64,000 nucleotides of DNA from Desulfosoma sp. Lineage in GTDB: Bacteria; Desulfobacterota; Syntrophobacteria; Syntrophobacterales; DSM-9756. The stretch is from the NCBI GenBank assembly GCA_037481835.1, contig JBBFKW010000005.1, forward strand, positions 64,001-128,000. The letters are read 5' to 3'. Both the position numbers and the translations under genes were made by a program. The notes below the pieces were generated by a model. That model was not told the origin of the DNA. It saw only the letters and a program-made list of their open reading frames with translations, and did no database searches. This document shows, piece after piece, positions 58,108-64,000 of the stretch (the stretch's first letter is position 1; every line of letters begins with the position of its first letter).

Positions 58108-59504
58108 GCGGTGTCGGACGACGGCACATCCTGAGATTCTTTGAGGGGCAAGATAAAATAAATCGTGTTGCCGTACTTTTTCGGCTCGCACCCCACCTCC
58201 CCGCCGTGGATTTCCACTACGTTTTTCACAAAGTGCAAGCCATGCCCGGTGCCTTTTTCCCGACCCACATTGGATGCGCGAAAGCCCTCATCGAAGAGTT
58301 TCTGTGCTTCCTCAGGGGAAAGGGGCCTTCCTGTGGTGAAGATGCTGAATCGGACGCCGTGGATTCCATCGGCGAAATGATTTTTCAAGATATTTCGGTC
58401 GTAGGAAACCATCTTGATCTTTTGGCCCCGCGCATCTTCCACCTCTCGGGTGTACTTGACGGCGTTGGAAAAGAGATTTTCAAAAACCTGGGAAATCAGA
58501 CCCTTGTCGACAAAGAGCGTCACCTCCTCGTCGGGGATATCCCCCAGCTTGTTGTCCACCGTGATGCCGGCCTTGGCAAAGATGGGAATGTAGCGTTCCA
58601 GGAGCGGCTGGATGATCTCCGTTCGGAAATTGCACGGCTGACGCCGCAAGACATAGGTCCCCTTTTCGAAATGATCCCGGCGCAACAGGGTTTCCAGGAA
58701 CAAGCTGGTGTGTTCGTAATGTTTTTTCAAAGCGTGATATTCTTCTTCCAGTTCGTCGTTATCCGTGGACAGCAGATGATACATTTCGCACAATTCGCGG
58801 CACAAGGTGCTGTCCTGAGTCTGGGTGAACATGATAAGATCCCTGAGCTTTTCCTGGAGTTCCCTGTAATTTTCTATGGCCTTTTTAAGCCGCAAAAGAA
58901 AAAGTTTATAATAAAGGTTCGGGGAGATGACGTTGTGTTCGATGTCCGCGACGAGCTGGTTGATGAATTTGATATGCTGAATGTTTTGTTGGAGAAGGAG
59001 CTTTTGGTGCAGGTTATACCCGATGCGGTTGCTGAATTTTTCAAGAAAGAAAAGCCCTTTGTCGTCCACCCGGTCCTTGGGATAGATTTCGAAGAGCCCC
59101 AGGATCGCGTGGCCGCTGGCGAAGGGAAGCCATTGGGTTAGGGCCACGTTGCCGCGGATGGGGAGGATGTAAGAGTGATCGGTTTCCGTGATTTTCTCGG
59201 AAAGGGGCGGCACCGTTCGATCCGCCCCTTGGGCCTCGGAGATCAACCCCTCTTCACTGGTGCACACCTTCTCCAACCGCCCGCTCTTGGAATGAAGCAC
59301 GTAGAGGCGGCTTTCCAAGTTGAAGAACTCTTTGGGCACCGTGACGCAAATGAGGTAGAGGTTCTCCAGGCTTGTGTATTCTTGGGCCAGGTCGAAGAAG
59401 GTGGCGAAGGCCTCTTCTTGAAGCCTTTCGAAATTGTATCGTTCGTAGGCCGATTTCTTTTCGCGCACCCGCGCGGCCATTTCCTCAAGGGCTTTCTGAC
59501 TCAT
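58104..59504 (-). CDS. Cytoplasmic sensor histidine kinase-like protein (GAF-like input, HATPase)
   Basis: DIEHNVISP putative H-box, ENLFSNAVKY N-box, LFDEGFR F-box, GTGHGL G2. No TM segments seen. ATG 59504 preferred. Confidence 0.8.
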   Translation of the reverse strand: MSQKALEEMAARVREKKSAYERYNFERLQEEAFATFFDLAQEYTSLENLYLICVTVPKEFFNLESRLYVLHSKSGRLEKVCTSEEGLISEAQGADRTVPPLSEKITETDHSYILPIRGNVALTQWLPFASGHAILGLFEIYPKDRVDDKGLFFLEKFSNRIGYNLHQKLLLQQNIQHIKFINQLVADIEHNVISPNLYYKLFLLRLKKAIENYRELQEKLRDLIMFTQTQDSTLCRELCEMYHLLSTDNDELEEEYHALKKHYEHTSLFLETLLRRDHFEKGTYVLRRQPCNFRTEIIQPLLERYIPIFAKAGITVDNKLGDIPDEEVTLFVDKGLISQVFENLFSNAVKYTREVEDARGQKIKMVSYDRNILKNHFADGIHGVRFSIFTTGRPLSPEEAQKLFDEGFRASNVGREKGTGHGLHFVKNVVEIHGGEVGCEPKKYGNTIYFILPLKESQDVPSSDTA

Positions 59505-59545
59505 GAATGCCGCCGCTCCCCATGCCGCCCCCCTGCGGAGGCTTC

Positions 59546-60571
59546 TCATGCCAACGGAAATTCCAACTCGGATTTCAGGTCCCGTTCCATAAGGTCCCAG
59601 ACGGCCTGACGCGGGTCCTTGCCTTCCTGGAGGATTTTGTACATTTGCTCGCAGATGGGCATCTCCACGCCCATTTTTCGGGCGAGCTCGTGCACCGAGG
59701 TGCACGTGCGGATCCCTTCCGCCACCATGCGCATATCGGCCAAAATGTCTTTCAACAGTTCCCCGCGTCCCAAGCGATAGCCCACGGTGCGGTTTCGGCT
59801 GAGATCCCCCGTGCAGGTCAACAGGAGGTCGCCGATTCCTGAAAGACCGGCAAATGTCAGAGGATGGGCTCCCAGGCGAACTCCGAGGCGGGTGATTTCC
59901 GCAAGGCCCCGAGTGATCAGGGCCGCCCGGGTGTTGAGCCCGTAGCCCAGGCCGTCGCAGACACCGGCGGCGATGGCGATGACGTTTTTGAGGGCCCCGG
60001 CAAGTTCCACACCCACCTTGTCCGGGCTCGTGTAGACGCGAAAATACGGCGTATGAAACACGTGCTGCACTTCTTTGGCCGTTTCCAAATCTTCCGCGGC
60101 CACCGTGACGGCCGTGGGGGTTTTCTGCATCACTTCCCGGGCGAAAGATGGTCCGGCCAGGGTGACCACCCGAACGCCCAAAGACTCCGGAAGGATTTCC
60201 TTCCAGATTCCAGACATGGTCAAAAGCGTCTCGTTTTCAATCCCCTTGGTGGCCGAAACGATAATGGCCTTTTCCTCAATGTGGGGAACCATCCGGACGG
60301 CCACGGACCGATACACGTGGGACGGCACCACCATGACGAGCAGGCGTCGGCCGGCTGTTACGGCCGAAATGTCATTGGAGGGCCTAATACGCCCACTTAA
60401 AGGAAAGCCCGATAGGTACAGCGTGTTCTCCCGCGTCTTTCGGATCGTTTCGCACAGGTCTTTTTCGAAGACCCACAGGTCCACTCCGTAACCCTTCTCC
60501 CCTAGGAGATGGGCAAGCGTCGTTCCCCAACTGCCCGCCCCGATCACCGCGATGCGCGTCTCGCCGCTCAC
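59546..60571 (-). CDS. gpsA: NAD(P)H-dependent glycerol-3-phosphate dehydrogenase
   Basis: [34 protein letters not shown]. Confidence 0.96.
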   Translation of the reverse strand: MSGETRIAVIGAGSWGTTLAHLLGEKGYGVDLWVFEKDLCETIRKTRENTLYLSGFPLSGRIRPSNDISAVTAGRRLLVMVVPSHVYRSVAVRMVPHIEEKAIIVSATKGIENETLLTMSGIWKEILPESLGVRVVTLAGPSFAREVMQKTPTAVTVAAEDLETAKEVQHVFHTPYFRVYTSPDKVGVELAGALKNVIAIAAGVCDGLGYGLNTRAALITRGLAEITRLGVRLGAHPLTFAGLSGIGDLLLTCTGDLSRNRTVGYRLGRGELLKDILADMRMVAEGIRTCTSVHELARKMGVEMPICEQMYKILQEGKDPRQAVWDLMERDLKSELEFPLA

Positions 60572-62991
60572 TGCGCCGTATCCTCCTCGTCCGATTCCGC
60601 CACGACCGCCACGTCCACGATTTCTTCAGAGGTGTCCAAGTCCATGAGCTTGACGCCTTGAGTGGACCGGCCCATTTCCCGGATTTCCTGGACCTTGAGG
60701 CGAATCAGACGGCCTGTGTTGGTGATGAGCAGCACCTCGTCGTCGTCCCTGACCTGGCGGAAAGCCACCACTTCCCCGTTTTTCTCGGTAATCCGAACGT
60801 TCAGGACGCCCTGCCCGCCGCGCCCTTGGACTCTGTATTCCGAAGACGCCGTTCTCTTGCCGAAGCCTTTTCGGGTCACCACGAGCATGGAAGCCCCCTC
60901 GTCGATGGTATCCATGCCCACCAAGACGCTTCCCGCCAGGTCCATGGCCTTGACGCCCCGGGCCTCCCGGCCCATGGGCCTCACGGTCTCCTCGTTGATG
61001 CGAATGCACTTGCCCGCCCGGGTCATGAAAAACAAATCCTTGGTGCCGTCGGTCATGCACGCGGCGATGAGCTCATCCCCTTCGTCAATGGCCACGGCCC
61101 GAATGCCCGTGCTTCGCGGATTGCTGAAAGCCCGAATCTCCGTCTTCTTGACGATACCATTACGCGTGGCCATGACCACGAAACCGTCTTGATCGAAGTT
61201 CCTGACCGGCATGACCGTGGCGACCCTTTCGTTTTCCTGGAGCGGCAGCAGATTGACAATGGCCTTGCCCATGGAAGCGGGGCCCACTTCCGGAATGGCG
61301 TAAACCTTGAGCCAGTAGACTCGGCCCTGCGAGGTAAAAACCAGCAGGTAGTCGTGGGTGGATGCCGTAAAAAGAGCCCGCACGAAATCCTCTTCGCGGA
61401 TGCTCATGCCTGTGCGGCCCTTGCCTCCGCGCCGTTGGCTTCGGTACGTATCCACGGGTGTTCTTTTCACGTAGCCCGCGTGAGAGATGGTCACCACCAC
61501 GTCTTTGTCGTCGATGAGATCCTCCACGGACACATCCCGGGTTTCGGAAAGAATTTCCGTCCTTCTCCCGTCGCCGTAAGTCTGGATGATTTCCTCGAGT
61601 TCCTGGTAAATGAGCTCATCGACCAAGGCCGGAGATGAGAGGATGGACCGGTATCGCTCGATGTCCTTGAGGAGCTGTTCATACTCGCTGAGGATCTTTT
61701 CCCGTTCCAGAGCCGTCAGGCGCTGCAGGCGCATGTCCAAAATGGCCTGGGCTTGGGCCTCGCTGAGCTCCAAGGACTCCATGAGCCTCTCTTTGGCCGT
61801 CGCCGGATTGGGCGCCGCCCGAATCAATGCAATCACCTCATCGAGCCGGTCCAGGGCCTTCTTGAGACCTTCCAAGATGTGGGCCCGTTTTTCCGCCTGG
61901 TTGAGTTCGTAGCGGGTGCGCCGAACCACCACGTCCCGGCGGAAATCCAAGAAGTGCTGCAACAAACCCTTGAGGGTCAGCAGTTCGGGACGGTTGTTCA
62001 CCACGGCCAACAAGGTGACCCCGAAGGTGGATTCCACGGCGGTGAACTTGTAAAGCTGGTTTTCAATGACTTGAGGGTTCTCGCCGGCTTTGAGGGACAA
62101 GACGATGCGCATGCCTTCCCGGCTGGATTCGTCGCGAATGTCTTGAATGCCCTGGATCCGTTTTTCCTTGACGAGCTCGGCGATGCGCTCCAGCAGCCTG
62201 GCCTTGTTCACTTGAAAAGGCAATTCGGTGATGAGGATCTGTCGCCGCTTGGCCGTTTCTTCGATTTCCACCCGGCCGCGCACGCGGATGAGCCCCCGGC
62301 CTGTTTCATAGGCTTCGCGAACGCCCTCCGTGCCCACGATGAACCCCCCCGTGGGAAAATCCGGCCCCGGAATGTATCGCATCAACTCCCTTGGACCGGC
62401 TTCGGGGTTTTTCAAAAGAACCTGGAGGCCTCGGCACAGTTCCGTGATGTTATGGGGTGGGATGTTGGTGGCCATACCTACGGCGATTCCGGAAGCCCCA
62501 TTGAGCAAAAGGTTGGGCACGCGGGTGGGAAGGACGGACGGTTCCTTGAGGGAGTTGTCATAGTTGGGCAGGAAATCCACGGTTTCCCTTTCGATATCTT
62601 GGAGAAACTCGTGCGCCAGCCGAGCCATGCGAATTTCCGTGTAACGCATGGCCGCCGGCGGATCGCCGTCGATGGATCCGAAGTTGCCCTGTCCGTCCAC
62701 CAGGGGATAGCGCATGGAAAAGTCCTGGGCCATGCGCACGATGGTATCGTAGACGGCCGCATCCCCGTGGGGGTGATACTTACCGATGACGTCGCCGACG
62801 ATGCGGGCCGATTTCTTGTAGGGCTTGTTGTAATCGTTCTTGAGTTCGTACATGGCGTACAGCACACGCCGATGCACGGGTTTGAGGCCGTCGCGCACAT
62901 CGGGCAGCGCCCGCCCGATAATGACGCTCATGGCATAATCGAGGTAGGACAGCTTGATCTCGTCCTCGATGTTGACCGTGGGTAAACTCAT
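60568..62991 (-). CDS. gyrA: DNA gyrase subunit A
   Basis: [22 protein letters not shown], GyrA-box QRRGGKG. Confidence 0.97.
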   Translation of the reverse strand: MSLPTVNIEDEIKLSYLDYAMSVIIGRALPDVRDGLKPVHRRVLYAMYELKNDYNKPYKKSARIVGDVIGKYHPHGDAAVYDTIVRMAQDFSMRYPLVDGQGNFGSIDGDPPAAMRYTEIRMARLAHEFLQDIERETVDFLPNYDNSLKEPSVLPTRVPNLLLNGASGIAVGMATNIPPHNITELCRGLQVLLKNPEAGPRELMRYIPGPDFPTGGFIVGTEGVREAYETGRGLIRVRGRVEIEETAKRRQILITELPFQVNKARLLERIAELVKEKRIQGIQDIRDESSREGMRIVLSLKAGENPQVIENQLYKFTAVESTFGVTLLAVVNNRPELLTLKGLLQHFLDFRRDVVVRRTRYELNQAEKRAHILEGLKKALDRLDEVIALIRAAPNPATAKERLMESLELSEAQAQAILDMRLQRLTALEREKILSEYEQLLKDIERYRSILSSPALVDELIYQELEEIIQTYGDGRRTEILSETRDVSVEDLIDDKDVVVTISHAGYVKRTPVDTYRSQRRGGKGRTGMSIREEDFVRALFTASTHDYLLVFTSQGRVYWLKVYAIPEVGPASMGKAIVNLLPLQENERVATVMPVRNFDQDGFVVMATRNGIVKKTEIRAFSNPRSTGIRAVAIDEGDELIAACMTDGTKDLFFMTRAGKCIRINEETVRPMGREARGVKAMDLAGSVLVGMDTIDEGASMLVVTRKGFGKRTASSEYRVQGRGGQGVLNVRITEKNGEVVAFRQVRDDDEVLLITNTGRLIRLKVQEIREMGRSTQGVKLMDLDTSEEIVDVAVVAESDEEDTAQ

Positions 62992-63036
62992 GGGGATCCT
63001 CTCTCAGGCCGCGCTCTTCGCCACCGGGCCGATTTT

Positions 63037-64000
63037 TCAGATGTCCAACTCCCGAAAATCCAACGCGTTCACCTGGATGAATTCCCGGCGCGGTTCCACC
63101 CGATCGCCCATAAGCGTGGTGAACAGTTCATCGGCCATGTATTCATCATCAATTCGGACCCGCAGCAGCGTTCGTGTTTCCGGATTCATCGTGGTTTCCC
63201 ACAGCTGCTCCGGATTCATTTCGCCCAAACCTTTGTACCGCTGCACGGTGAGGCCTTTGAAGGCTTCGTCCTTGAGATACTCGAAAAGGGCTTCTGGAGT
63301 GTCCACTGTGATCTCTCCGGCGGAAGAGACGATGCGATAGGGTCTTTCGTCCAAGACGGCCAGATCCCTGGAAAGTTCCTGGAGCTTTCGAAATTCCACG
63401 GACTTGAGGAACGCGTAGCTCAGCCGGAAACGTTCCTGGCCGTTGGTCGCCTGCCAGATTTCCAAGTCGTAACCGCGATGCTCCTCTTCCATTTCGATCT
63501 GGGAAACCGTATAGCCCGCATTTTCCAGGGCTTCACGCAGCCGCTCCATGCTGGATTGATCCTCAGGGACGAATTCTTGCCCCGCGAGGGTATTGGCCAA
63601 AAACCTCAGAAGCTCCCGCCGTATTCCCTTGCGGCTGAGTCGTCCCAGCCAGTCCTGGTACTGGGAGTACGTCTTCATGAGCTTCACGAGGCGCTCGGGC
63701 GCCAACGGCGTGTCGCTGCCGCCCATGAACACGTGGTGCTTTTCCGTCGCTCGAGTCACCAAGAAAGCGTCCAGTTCGGCGTCGTCTTTGAGGTAGAGTT
63801 CTTTTTTGCCCGCTGCGACGCGGTACAAGGGCGGCTGAGCGATGTAGAGGTGGCCCCGTTCGATGAGATCGGGCATCATGCGGAAGAAAAAGGTGAGCAA
63901 CAAGGTTCGAATATGGGCGCCGTCCACATCGGCGTCGGTCATGATGATGATCTTGTGGTAGCGGAGCCTGGCCGGATCGAATTCGTCCTGGCCGATGCCT
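63037..64000 (-). CDS. gyrB: DNA gyrase subunit B (5' part outside the window)
   Basis: YHKIIIMTDADVDGAHIRTLLL, QRYKGLGEMNPEQLWETTM. Confidence 0.97.
   Translation of the reverse strand, partial: GIGQDEFDPARLRYHKIIIMTDADVDGAHIRTLLLTFFFRMMPDLIERGHLYIAQPPLYRVAAGKKELYLKDDAELDAFLVTRATEKHHVFMGGSDTPLAPERLVKLMKTYSQYQDWLGRLSRKGIRRELLRFLANTLAGQEFVPEDQSSMERLREALENAGYTVSQIEMEEEHRGYDLEIWQATNGQERFRLSYAFLKSVEFRKLQELSRDLAVLDERPYRIVSSAGEITVDTPEALFEYLKDEAFKGLTVQRYKGLGEMNPEQLWETTMNPETRTLLRVRIDDEYMADELFTTLMGDRVEPRREFIQVNALDFRELDI

Overview
GC-rich bacterial chromosomal segment. Gene content and order (cinA-thpR-recA-alaS, gyrA-gpsA, dksA, probable selenoprotein use) suggest a Desulfobacterota/deltaproteobacterium; this is inference. 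The window is origin-proximal: rpmH-rnpA-yidD-yidC-jag-mnmE-rsmG, parA-parB, a perfect parS palindrome and gyrB-gyrA are present, but dnaA is not next to rpmH and mnmG is missing. It is mostly housekeeping genes, mostly on the minus strand, plus two tRNA-Ser genes. The best candidate for an undescribed system is a minus-strand five-gene cluster at 41088-45207. It encodes a ubiquitin-like protein with a masked di-Gly (..RPQEGG|FPAPVHVCEKGR), a protein with a C-terminal E2/UBC-like HP..ICLG motif, an unknown protein, a divergent ClpX-like AAA+ unfoldase and a JAB/JAMM metalloprotease, with no E1 in the cluster. Other highlights: a hidden 56-aa dual-CxxC protein with an in-frame UGA and SECIS-like hairpin (15145-15315); a tandem MITE-like repeat in a CTAG shared by two convergent stop codons; a CarS-like/metallophosphoesterase fusion; a double-length UvrA; and a 1567-aa protein of unknown function. 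All functional calls come from motifs read by eye; no database searches were run.
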